From an uncultured Verrucomicrobiae bacterium (GTDB lineage: Bacteria; Verrucomicrobiota; Verrucomicrobiia; Chthoniobacterales; JAATET01), in NCBI GenBank assembly GCA_963719495.1, contig CAVRCI010000002.1:320001-384000 (forward strand): a stretch of 64,000 nt of DNA. The letters run 5' to 3'. This document shows positions 52,927 to 60,975 of the stretch, one piece after another (positions within the stretch are counted from its first letter, which is position 1; every line of letters begins with the position of its first letter). The position numbers were made by a program, and so were the translations under genes. The notes beneath the pieces are model-generated. The model ran no database searches and had not been told where the DNA came from. It saw nothing but the letters and a program-made list of their open reading frames with translations.

Positions 52927-53997
52927 TCACTCGATGCGCACGGGGGTGTCGACGTCGACCATCCCGGCCAGGCGGGCGGCGTCCCAGTTGGCGAGTCGAA
53001 TGCATCCGTGGCTGCCGCCGCGGCCAATGGTGTCGGGTGCGGCGGTGCCGTGGAGGCCGATGCCCTTCTTGTCGATTGCGATCCAGACGATGCCGACGGC
53101 GTTGTTGGGTCCGGGCGGGATGTTGTGGGCGTCGTCGCTGCGTTCACCCTCCTCGAGCATCTTCTCGTCGTGGCGGAACCAGGGGAGGAGCGTGATGCTG
53201 GTGATCTTCCAATCGCCGGTCGGGGCGGGCAGGGACTCCGATCCCGGGGTGATGGGAAAGGAGGCGACGAGTTTTTTTCCGTCGTAGAGGTCGAGCATCT
53301 TGTCGGCCGTGCTGATGAAGATGGACCGCGGAATGGCGGGGGTGGGGGATGGTGTCGGGCTGGCGTCGGCGGTCGCGGAATCGTTTTCCGGGGAGCCTTC
53401 GTCGGACTCGGATGACTCCGTTTTTTCTTTTGCCTGCTTTTGTTCTTCGGCGCGTTTCTCGATTTCGGTGATGAGAAAGGGATTCGCGACGTTGGGGACG
53501 GTGAGGGTGTCGCCGACTTGGGCGGAGTCGATCTGGCGGCCTTCGTTGAGTCGGGTGAGGTAATCGCGGTCGACGTGGTAGCGTTCTCCAATCAACTCGG
53601 TGAGGGTGGCGTAGGGCATGGCGTCCTGTTTGGCCTGCTCTTCGGGTTCGGACGGGGCGGATCCGAGCCGATCGAGGTCGGCCTGCTCGACGGTGTAAGT
53701 GGTGTAGATCGGGTCGACGGAAGCCGGGTCGACGGGGAGGTCTTTCGGGACTTCGTCGCCGAATTCCGGGACGTCCTCGCCCTGGGCGCGCAGGTAGCGG
53801 GCGAGGGATTTGCGGGTGAACTCGCCCCAGCGACCGTCGATTTTGCCGGGGGGGAAGTTGGCGTCGTCGAGGAAGATCTGGAGCCGAGTGAGGCGGTCGA
53901 ATTCCTCCTTGGTCGGAGGAGCTTCGTCGGCGGCGCGAAGGGTGAGCGGTGCGGCGAGGACGGCGGCGGCGAGAATGAAGGGTGCGATTGGGTTCAC
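52927..53997 (-). CDS. L,D-transpeptidase (YkuD domain) with PG-binding/LysM-like region
   Basis: PGKIDG, PGPNNAVG, IGLHGT, SHGCIRL. Confidence 0.9.
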   Translation of the reverse strand: MNPIAPFILAAAVLAAPLTLRAADEAPPTKEEFDRLTRLQIFLDDANFPPGKIDGRWGEFTRKSLARYLRAQGEDVPEFGDEVPKDLPVDPASVDPIYTTYTVEQADLDRLGSAPSEPEEQAKQDAMPYATLTELIGERYHVDRDYLTRLNEGRQIDSAQVGDTLTVPNVANPFLITEIEKRAEEQKQAKEKTESSESDEGSPENDSATADASPTPSPTPAIPRSIFISTADKMLDLYDGKKLVASFPITPGSESLPAPTGDWKITSITLLPWFRHDEKMLEEGERSDDAHNIPPGPNNAVGIVWIAIDKKGIGLHGTAAPDTIGRGGSHGCIRLANWDAARLAGMVDVDTPVRIE

Positions 53998-54072
53998 GGT
54001 GGGTTATCGCGGCGTGCCGTCTGGTTGGTTCCTTTTGACGCCGAATTGTGCAAGTTGACGAAGTTGCGGTGT

Positions 54073-54088
54073 TTCGACGGTTGTCGAA
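54073..54088. promoter_or_regulatory. Putative autoregulatory operator of the ArsR-type regulator
   Basis: TTCGAC-GGTT-GTCGAA inverted repeat, 30 nt upstream of the ATG, following TTGACG. Confidence 0.55.
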
Positions 54089-54118
54089 CTTCGGCTGGGG
54101 GATTATCGTAAGCGGGCG

Positions 54119-54421
54119 ATGAAGGAGTATTGCCATCCCAAATTGACTGACGTGAAAATGACGACCGTGATGCAGGCGCTGTCAGATCCGTGGCGGTTGG
54201 GGATCATCCGTTCGCTGCTCGCGGCGGAGGGGCGGGAATTTGCCTGCAATGAATTTCCGATGGACGTGTCGAAGGCGACGCGGTCGCATCACATTCAGGT
54301 GCTGCGGGAGTCGGGGCTGATTCGGACCCGGGTGGAGGGGACGAAGTGCATGACTTCGCTGCGGTATGACGAGATCGAGGGGCGGTTTCCCGGGTTGTTG
54401 CGGTTGGCGGAGTTGACTTAG
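54119..54421 (+). CDS. ArsR/SmtB-family transcriptional regulator
   Basis: ALSDPWRL, SHHIQVLRESGLI, RFPGLL. Confidence 0.88.
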   Translation: MKEYCHPKLTDVKMTTVMQALSDPWRLGIIRSLLAAEGREFACNEFPMDVSKATRSHHIQVLRESGLIRTRVEGTKCMTSLRYDEIEGRFPGLLRLAELT

Positions 54422-54489
54422 CGGCGGGGTGAGGGGGAGTGCGGCTTCGCCGTTTTGGGGGCATCGGCTGGAAGCCGATGGCACGTAGT

Positions 54490-55557
54490 TTACGTGATCA
54501 GCATGCAGTCGCCGTAGCTGTAGAAGCGGTAGCGCTCGCGAATCGCTTCGGCGTAGGCGGTGAGGATGAGATCGCGGGTGGCGAAGGCGCTGACGAGCAT
54601 GAGGAGCGTGCTCTTGGGGAGGTGGAAGTTCGTGAGGAGGGCGTCGACGCGGGTGAGGGTTTCTGGCGGGTGGAGGAAGATGTTCGTGCGGCCGGAGTGG
54701 GGGATGATCGGGCCGGGGGGCTGGCTTTCGAGGACGCGGGTGCTGGTGGTGCCGACGGCGATGATGCGGTTGGCGGCGTTGATGACGTCGGCGGTGGCGG
54801 GCGTGATGGTGTAGCGTTCCTCATGCATCGCGTGATCGGCGAGGGCGTCGACTTTGACGGGTTGGAAGGTGCCATGGCCGACGTGGAGGGTGAGGAACGC
54901 GTGGTCGATCCGGGCAAGGATTTCGGGCGTGAAGTGGAGGCCGGCGGTGGGCGCGGCGACGGAGCCGGGGGTGTCGGCGTAGACGGTCTGGTAGCGGGTG
55001 TCGTCGTCCTGATCGGCGGCGCGGTGGAAGTAGGGCGGGATGGGGAGTTCGCCGTGGGCTTCGAAGTCGATGGCGGCGTCGAGCCGGAGGACGCGTTCTC
55101 CGCCCGGGAGGACTTCGGTGACGGTCGCGGTCGTCCCGGCGACGGCGACGTTGGTGCCGGGTTGGAGTTTTTTGCCGGGTTTGGCGAGGCAGAGCCATTC
55201 GTTGGGGGCGAGCTCTTCAAGGAAGAGGAATTCGATTCGCCCGTCTTCGGAGTGGAGGCGGGCGCGGAGGACGCGCGAGTCGTTGAGGACCGTTAGGTCT
55301 CCGGGGCGGAGGTATTCGGGGAAGTCCGTGAAGCGGCGGTGCGTGATGGTGCCGGTGGCGCGGTCGACGACGAGGAGGCGGGAGGCGGCGCGGTCGGCGA
55401 GTGGGTGGGTGGCGATGAGGGCTGCTGGGAGGTGGTAGTCGTAGTCGGCGGTCTTTTGGCCGGTCGCGGGTGATTGGTGACTGGTGAGGGGTGACTGGTG
55501 GGGATGCACGCTTCGCTGGTGTGGCGGCTTTGCCGCTTTGGGCTTGGACTTCGGCAC
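54490..55557 (-). CDS. queA: tRNA preQ1 S-adenosylmethionine ribosyltransferase-isomerase (start may be GTG 55509)
   Basis: DYDYHLP, YQTVYA, AAPTAGLHF, TNFHLPKSTL, FYSYGD. Confidence 0.95.
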   Translation of the reverse strand: MPKSKPKAAKPPHQRSVHPHQSPLTSHQSPATGQKTADYDYHLPAALIATHPLADRAASRLLVVDRATGTITHRRFTDFPEYLRPGDLTVLNDSRVLRARLHSEDGRIEFLFLEELAPNEWLCLAKPGKKLQPGTNVAVAGTTATVTEVLPGGERVLRLDAAIDFEAHGELPIPPYFHRAADQDDDTRYQTVYADTPGSVAAPTAGLHFTPEILARIDHAFLTLHVGHGTFQPVKVDALADHAMHEERYTITPATADVINAANRIIAVGTTSTRVLESQPPGPIIPHSGRTNIFLHPPETLTRVDALLTNFHLPKSTLLMLVSAFATRDLILTAYAEAIRERYRFYSYGDCMLIT

Positions 55558-55579
55558 CTGGAAGGTGCCGCTCCTTGAA

Positions 55580-58126
55580 TTACTTGAAGACTCGTTTGAG
55601 TTTGACGCGGTGGGCGCTGGCTTCGAAGAGCTCGGCGACCCGGCGTTTCAGTCTTCTCAGATTATTGAAGAGGAAGAGGACGAAGAGGAGGTAGGGGATC
55701 TGGAGCCAGAGGTCGGGCTCGGTCATGCCGAGCTGGCGGATGGTGATCGTGCTGAGGAGGATCAGGTTCACGAGGAACGTGGTCGCGACCATGTGGGTGG
55801 TGAGGCGGACTCGGGTGAGGGCTTTGGGGCCGCCGTGGTATTCGGTGACCGTTGCGGCGCGAATGCCCCACCAAAAGCTGCCGTAGATCTGGACGTCCCA
55901 ATTTTTCCAACCGGTGTCGATGGAGTAGCTCCAGCCCTCGTTTTCCAGGGCGTCGATGGCTTTGGGCAGCAGGGCTTCGCGACCGATGCCTTCCTCGCTC
56001 CAAAAGCGGAGATTTGTGATGCTGCCTTTGCCGGAAAATTTGTAGTTGTCCTCGTGCGTCGCGATGACGGACGGCGGGGTGCGCTTGTGTTTGAGCCAGG
56101 TGACGTAGCGGGCCCAGCCGCGGGCGAGGGGTTGGGTGAAGGCGAGGAAGGTGACGAGGAGGCGCGCGAGGATGGTGTCGTATTTTGGCTCGAGCTTCGC
56201 GTGGATCATGTAGCTGAGCGCGACGAGGAAGGTGCCGCCGATCATGAGATACGGGACGATGCGGAGGTCGGGGATGAGGATCGAGACGACGAAGATGAAC
56301 GCCGCGAGGACGACCCATTCGATGCTGCTGAGGTAGGCGGCGATCTCCGATTGTGGGGTGGGGTAGATGCTTTGGAAGAGGCCTTCGCCGAAGACGCCGT
56401 GGTAGATCATCGGTTTGTTGATGAGCCAGGTGAAGCGGGGAGCGCCGTAGATCTGGCCGCGCCATTTGGCGGTCCCGGTGGGGCCGAAGAAGACGAGGTG
56501 CTTGAAGCGGAGCATGGACTCGGCTTCGCCGTAGCCTTCCTGTTGCTTGCGGAAGGCGGTGAGGGTGAAGCGGCGGTAGTGCCAGACGATGGCGGCGGGG
56601 GAGAAGGCGATGTTGCCGTCGAGCTGCTGGAGCCGCCAGCAGAAGTCGACGTCGTCGCCGGCCTTGCGGTATTCGGGATCGAAGCCGCCGACGAGGTCGA
56701 ACGCCCACTTGTGGAACGCCATGTTGCAGCCGGGGATGTGCTCGGCGATGACGTCGGTGAGGAGGACGTGGCTCGGGCCGCCGGGGGCGGCGGCGACGCA
56801 GGCCTGGATCCAATCCTCGGCGGGCGGCGAGATGTTGGGGCCGCCCACTCCAGCGTAGTCGCCGCTGGTGAGGGTCTGGACGAGGTAGTAGAGCCAATCG
56901 GGATCGGCCATGCAGTCGGAGTCGGTGTAGGCGATGATCTCGCCGGTGGCGGCGTGAGCGCCGACGTTGCGGGCGACGGAGAGGCCGCAGTTTTCCTGGC
57001 GGAGGCTGACGATCCACGGGTGCTTGGCGGCGATCTCGGGGGTGTTGTCCTTCGAGCCGTCGTCGACGAGGACGACTTCGTAATTCGGATAATCGACGAG
57101 GTGGAGCGACTCGAGGCAGCGGTCGAGGGTCTTAGCTCCGTTGTAGGAGCAGACGATGACGGAGACCTTCGGGTAGCGCTCGAGCTGGACCTTTTGGGTC
57201 ATCGGTTGGTCGCCGGCGAAGAGCTTGGCGACGGCGGCGAGGGCTAATTTCGGGGTGCGGTCGCGGCGAACGAGGCCGAAGTTCCAGTCGAGGATTTCCA
57301 TCCCGCCGCGGAACCATTCGTCGGTCCAGGCGTAGAGGACGGTGCCGGCGAGGCCGCCGCGGACGACGCTTTCGACGTGCCAGGTGAGCATTTCCGCCTG
57401 CTCCTCTTCGCTGTGCCGGATCGTGTCCATGCCGAACTCGCCCATGACGAGCGGTCGGTCTTCGGCGAGGTTTTGGAGGCGGGCGAGGTAGCGGTCGAAG
57501 TCGTCCTGGCGGTGGAGGTAGACGTTGAAGGTGTAGAAATCGACGTTCTGCGGGAGGAGGTATTCGGTGGGTGGGTAGGAGGCGTAGGAGTAGAGGGCGC
57601 GGGGGTCGGCCTGGCGGGCGACGTTGATGAGGAGTTCGACGAACTCGGTGACTTCGCGAGCGCCCTGCCAGCGGACGATGGAGGACGGGATTTCGTTGCC
57701 GACGAGGTAGCCGAAGATGGCGGGGTGGCCGGCGTTGCGTTTCACGCCTTCCTTGACGGAGCGGAGGATTTCCCGGCGGACCTTGGCGTCGCGGAGGAAT
57801 TCGATGTGCTCGGCCCAGGGTAGGCTGATGAGAACTCGGATGCCGTGGGCGGCGCAGGCGTCGAGGAACCAGGTGGGCGGGACGTAGTAGACGCGGGCGA
57901 GGTTGATGCCGGTCCCGGCCATGAGCGCGAGGTCGCGGGCGGCTTTCTCGGGGTCGCCGAAGTATTCGTCGTTTTCGTCGGGGGCGAAGGGGCCGTAGGT
58001 GACGCCTTTGATGAAAAATTTGCGGTCGCCTTCGAAAAAGAATTTCGCTCGGACGCGGATCGGCTCCAGTGGTTGCACGGGGAAGAGGGGTAATGCGTTG
58101 GCGGGGGCTTGCAAAGGCGGAATCAA
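55580..58126 (-). CDS. Glycoside hydrolase-like TIM barrel + GT2 glycosyltransferase + membrane domain fusion
   Basis: KGVTYGPF, LVGNE, VMGEFG; SVIVCSYN, VDDGS, YTDSD, GDDVD, QQEGYG. Confidence 0.88.
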   Translation of the reverse strand: MIPPLQAPANALPLFPVQPLEPIRVRAKFFFEGDRKFFIKGVTYGPFAPDENDEYFGDPEKAARDLALMAGTGINLARVYYVPPTWFLDACAAHGIRVLISLPWAEHIEFLRDAKVRREILRSVKEGVKRNAGHPAIFGYLVGNEIPSSIVRWQGAREVTEFVELLINVARQADPRALYSYASYPPTEYLLPQNVDFYTFNVYLHRQDDFDRYLARLQNLAEDRPLVMGEFGMDTIRHSEEEQAEMLTWHVESVVRGGLAGTVLYAWTDEWFRGGMEILDWNFGLVRRDRTPKLALAAVAKLFAGDQPMTQKVQLERYPKVSVIVCSYNGAKTLDRCLESLHLVDYPNYEVVLVDDGSKDNTPEIAAKHPWIVSLRQENCGLSVARNVGAHAATGEIIAYTDSDCMADPDWLYYLVQTLTSGDYAGVGGPNISPPAEDWIQACVAAAPGGPSHVLLTDVIAEHIPGCNMAFHKWAFDLVGGFDPEYRKAGDDVDFCWRLQQLDGNIAFSPAAIVWHYRRFTLTAFRKQQEGYGEAESMLRFKHLVFFGPTGTAKWRGQIYGAPRFTWLINKPMIYHGVFGEGLFQSIYPTPQSEIAAYLSSIEWVVLAAFIFVVSILIPDLRIVPYLMIGGTFLVALSYMIHAKLEPKYDTILARLLVTFLAFTQPLARGWARYVTWLKHKRTPPSVIATHEDNYKFSGKGSITNLRFWSEEGIGREALLPKAIDALENEGWSYSIDTGWKNWDVQIYGSFWWGIRAATVTEYHGGPKALTRVRLTTHMVATTFLVNLILLSTITIRQLGMTEPDLWLQIPYLLFVLFLFNNLRRLKRRVAELFEASAHRVKLKRVFK

Positions 58127-58182
58127 GTGGAATCGGCTTCCAGCCGATTTTGGGTTGGTGATCGGCTGGAAGCCGATTCCAC
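58127..58182. repeat. Inverted REP-like pair (GTGG type)
   Basis: GTGGAATCGGCTTCCAGCCGAT ... ATCGGCTGGAAGCCGATTCCAC; related single at ~54463. Confidence 0.7.
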
Positions 58183-58312
58183 GAATTAATCCGAGTTATA
58201 AAAAATGCAGGCCGCCGCAACGAGTGTTACGACGGCCTGCTGTTCCCCCCAGAACGCTTCGAAAGTAACCCACGGTTTCTGGGGGGCAAGCACTATTTCA
58301 AATTCTTTTTAA

Positions 58313-58397
58313 CCGCGGATGGACACGGATAAACACGGATAGCTTCTGAGGATTTCATGGATTTCGATCCGCGTTCATCCGCGTCCATCCGCGGTTC
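58313..58397. repeat. Inverted cluster of ~10-nt CACGGATG(G/A)A-like repeats
   Basis: CCGCGGATGGACACGGATAAACACGGAT / ATCCGCGTTCATCCGCGTCCATCCGCGG; similar at 63354-63385. Confidence 0.7.
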
Positions 58398-59265
58398 GCG
58401 TCATCAATTCGGCGACGAGGGGGTTGGGGTAGCGGCGTTCGGGGGTGATGGCGTAGAAACGTTCGTGGAGTTCGGTGAAGCGGTGGCGCTCGACGAGAAT
58501 TTTTTCTCTCAGCTCGTCCTGGACGACGACGGGGGGGACGAGCGCGAGGGCGTCGGATTCGCGGGCGAGGAGTCGGAGCATGGCCATGTCGTCGACTTCG
58601 GCGGCGATGACGGGGCGGATGCCGGATTGCGCGAGGAGGGCGTCGAAGCCGGCTCGGACGTTGCTTTCCAGGCTGGGCAGGATGATGGGGGTGTCGCGGA
58701 GGTCTTCGGGGAAGCGGAACTTGCGTCGGGATTTGGGTTTGCGGCCGACGAGGCTCACGGGTTGGTCGGCGACGAGGCGGCTGTGCCAGCGGGTCTGCGC
58801 GTCGCGGGCGACGGGGGAATTCGCGAGGACGATGTCGATCGTGTGGGCGCGGAGTTGCTCGAGGAGCTCGCGCAGGGTGCCGGAGCGGACGATGACCTCG
58901 GCGTCGGGTCGACCGATGACGGGGCGGAGGAATTCGAATTGAAAATTCCGTGAGAGCGTGGCGACCGAGCCGACGCGAAGGACGCGGCGGCGGGCTTGGT
59001 TGCGGTGGGCGAGCGTGTCGAGGAGCTCTTCGCCGGATTGGAAGATCGAATCGGCGTAGTCGAGCGCGACGTGGCCGGCTTCGGTGAGGACGAGTGTCTT
59101 GTGTTCGCGGTCGAAGAGGGGCTGACCGAGACTTTCCTCGAGTTTCTTGAGCTGGGTGCTGAGAGCGGACTGCGAGAGCCGCAGGGATGCCGCGGCGCGG
59201 GTGAGGTTGCCCTCGCGGGCGATGGCGCGGAAATAGCGGAGGTGGTGGTAATTCAGAAAGCTCAC
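58375..59265 (-). CDS. LysR-family regulator (NhaR-like)
   Basis: LNYHHLRYF, SQSALSTQ, LTEAG, EVDDMAMLRL; GTG start. Confidence 0.9.
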   Translation of the reverse strand: MSFLNYHHLRYFRAIAREGNLTRAAASLRLSQSALSTQLKKLEESLGQPLFDREHKTLVLTEAGHVALDYADSIFQSGEELLDTLAHRNQARRRVLRVGSVATLSRNFQFEFLRPVIGRPDAEVIVRSGTLRELLEQLRAHTIDIVLANSPVARDAQTRWHSRLVADQPVSLVGRKPKSRRKFRFPEDLRDTPIILPSLESNVRAGFDALLAQSGIRPVIAAEVDDMAMLRLLARESDALALVPPVVVQDELREKILVERHRFTELHERFYAITPERRYPNPLVAELMTRTADGRG

Positions 59266-59342
59266 GTGACATCGATAAAACAGAACGATAAACAATAAAA
59301 CATCTATTGGATGGATGCGGCGGCGGTCGACATTCTCCGCCC

Positions 59343-60953
59343 ATGGAGATTTCTCATGATTCGTTCGTCGCGGCGGGAGCGTGGATCGCGCTGGCGTGTC
59401 CGTTTTTACTGATCCTGTTCGGACTGATTCCGGCTGGGGTGTTGAATCGCCAGCCTCGGCGGACGGGTCAATCCGCCGAGCTGGTGGCCTGGATGATCTT
59501 CGGGATGGCGGTGATCGCGGCGGTGATCGTGGGAACGGCGGGCCGGGTGGTTCACCCGTTCATCGAGATCGGGTTCGTGGGCGGATTCGAGGTGGCGTTC
59601 GGGGTATACGTCGATTCGATTTCGGTCGTGATGCTGCTGCTCGTCAGCTTCCTGTCGGCGATCGTGCTGCGGTATTCGCGGAATTATTTGGCGGGTGATC
59701 CGCGGCAGGGGCGGTTTTTCAAATGGCTCTGCCTGACGGCGGGGTCGGTGCTCATGTTGACCATCGCGGGGAATCTCCTCGTCTTCGCGGCGGCGTGGAT
59801 CTCGACGAGCCTGTGTCTGCATCAGCTCCTGGTTTTCTACCCGGACCGCGAGGCGGCTCAGCTCTCGGCGCGGAAAAAATTCATCATCAGTCGGATGGGA
59901 GACGTCTGTCTCATCTCCGCGGTGATCCTGCTTTATCAGGTCTTCGGGAGTCTGGACTTCGACGATCTGTTCGTCGGAGCGGGGGGGGGCGAGCCGGGCG
60001 CGGCCTGGATCGGGGCGGTGTTTCTCATCGTCGGAGGGGCGATGCTGAAGTCGGCGCAATTCCCGTTTCACACCTGGTTGCCGGATACGATGGAGACTCC
60101 GACGCCGGTGTCGGCGCTGATGCACGCGGGCATCATCAACGCGGGCGGCTTCCTCATCATCCGGATGAGTCCGCTGGTGGCGGCGGTGCCGGCGGCGTTG
60201 AATACGCTGGCGATCGTCGGTGGGGTGACGGCGCTGTTCGCGTCGATCGTCATGCTGACGCAGACGAGCGTGAAACGGTCGCTGGCTTATTCGACCGTGG
60301 CGCAGATGGGGTTCATGATGTTGCAGTGTGGGTTGGGGGCTTTCGCCATCGCGCTGCTGCACATCGTGGCGCATTCGCTTTACAAGGCCCACGCCTTCCT
60401 CTCGTCGGGGAGCATCGTGCGGCTGGCGAAGTCGTCGTGGGTGCCGTCGGAGCGGATCCGACCGCACCCGGCGTTTTTGGTCGGTGCCTTGCTGATCGCG
60501 TCCTTCGGGACGTTGATGGTCGCGGTGCTCTTCGGCGTGTCGCCGGCGGAGAAGCCGGGGGTGATTGTCCTGGGAATCGTGCTGATGCTCGGGATCACGC
60601 ATCTGCTTTGGAATTCCTGGGGATGGAGTCAGGCGGTGGCCAAGCGCGGGGTGGCCCTTGCTCTCGGAGTGTGCGTGGCGTTTTTCGTCCTGCACGAGAT
60701 CGCGGTCTTCGTGGTGGGAGACGCGGTCGTCGCCGCTCCGCTGCCGGGGGTGACGGAATACGTGATCATGCTTGGTCTCATCGGGCTGTTCGTCGGGACA
60801 CTCTGGTTCCAGGCGCAGCTTCCCTACTGGTCGCATCGCCCGTTCGTGCGGCGGATTTACGTGCATTTCGCCAACAGCCTTTACCTCGAAGCCGTCGCGA
60901 ACCGGTTCGTGAAGTGGCTGTGGCCCGTCGAACCAAACGAAGCAAAAAACTAA
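59343..60953 (+). CDS. dabB: DAB inorganic carbon pump membrane subunit (NuoL/MrpA-like)
   Basis: KSAQFPFHTWLPDTMETPTPVSALMHAG, HSLYKAHAFL; directly upstream of a DUF2309 gene. Confidence 0.85.
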   Translation: MEISHDSFVAAGAWIALACPFLLILFGLIPAGVLNRQPRRTGQSAELVAWMIFGMAVIAAVIVGTAGRVVHPFIEIGFVGGFEVAFGVYVDSISVVMLLLVSFLSAIVLRYSRNYLAGDPRQGRFFKWLCLTAGSVLMLTIAGNLLVFAAAWISTSLCLHQLLVFYPDREAAQLSARKKFIISRMGDVCLISAVILLYQVFGSLDFDDLFVGAGGGEPGAAWIGAVFLIVGGAMLKSAQFPFHTWLPDTMETPTPVSALMHAGIINAGGFLIIRMSPLVAAVPAALNTLAIVGGVTALFASIVMLTQTSVKRSLAYSTVAQMGFMMLQCGLGAFAIALLHIVAHSLYKAHAFLSSGSIVRLAKSSWVPSERIRPHPAFLVGALLIASFGTLMVAVLFGVSPAEKPGVIVLGIVLMLGITHLLWNSWGWSQAVAKRGVALALGVCVAFFVLHEIAVFVVGDAVVAAPLPGVTEYVIMLGLIGLFVGTLWFQAQLPYWSHRPFVRRIYVHFANSLYLEAVANRFVKWLWPVEPNEAKN

Positions 60954-60975
60954 TCGCACCGACCAATTGAATTTT

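Noticed and set aside
59343..60953. Respiratory complex I subunit NuoL or Mrp antiporter
   Set aside because: No other nuo/mrp genes nearby; adjacency to DUF2309 indicates DabB
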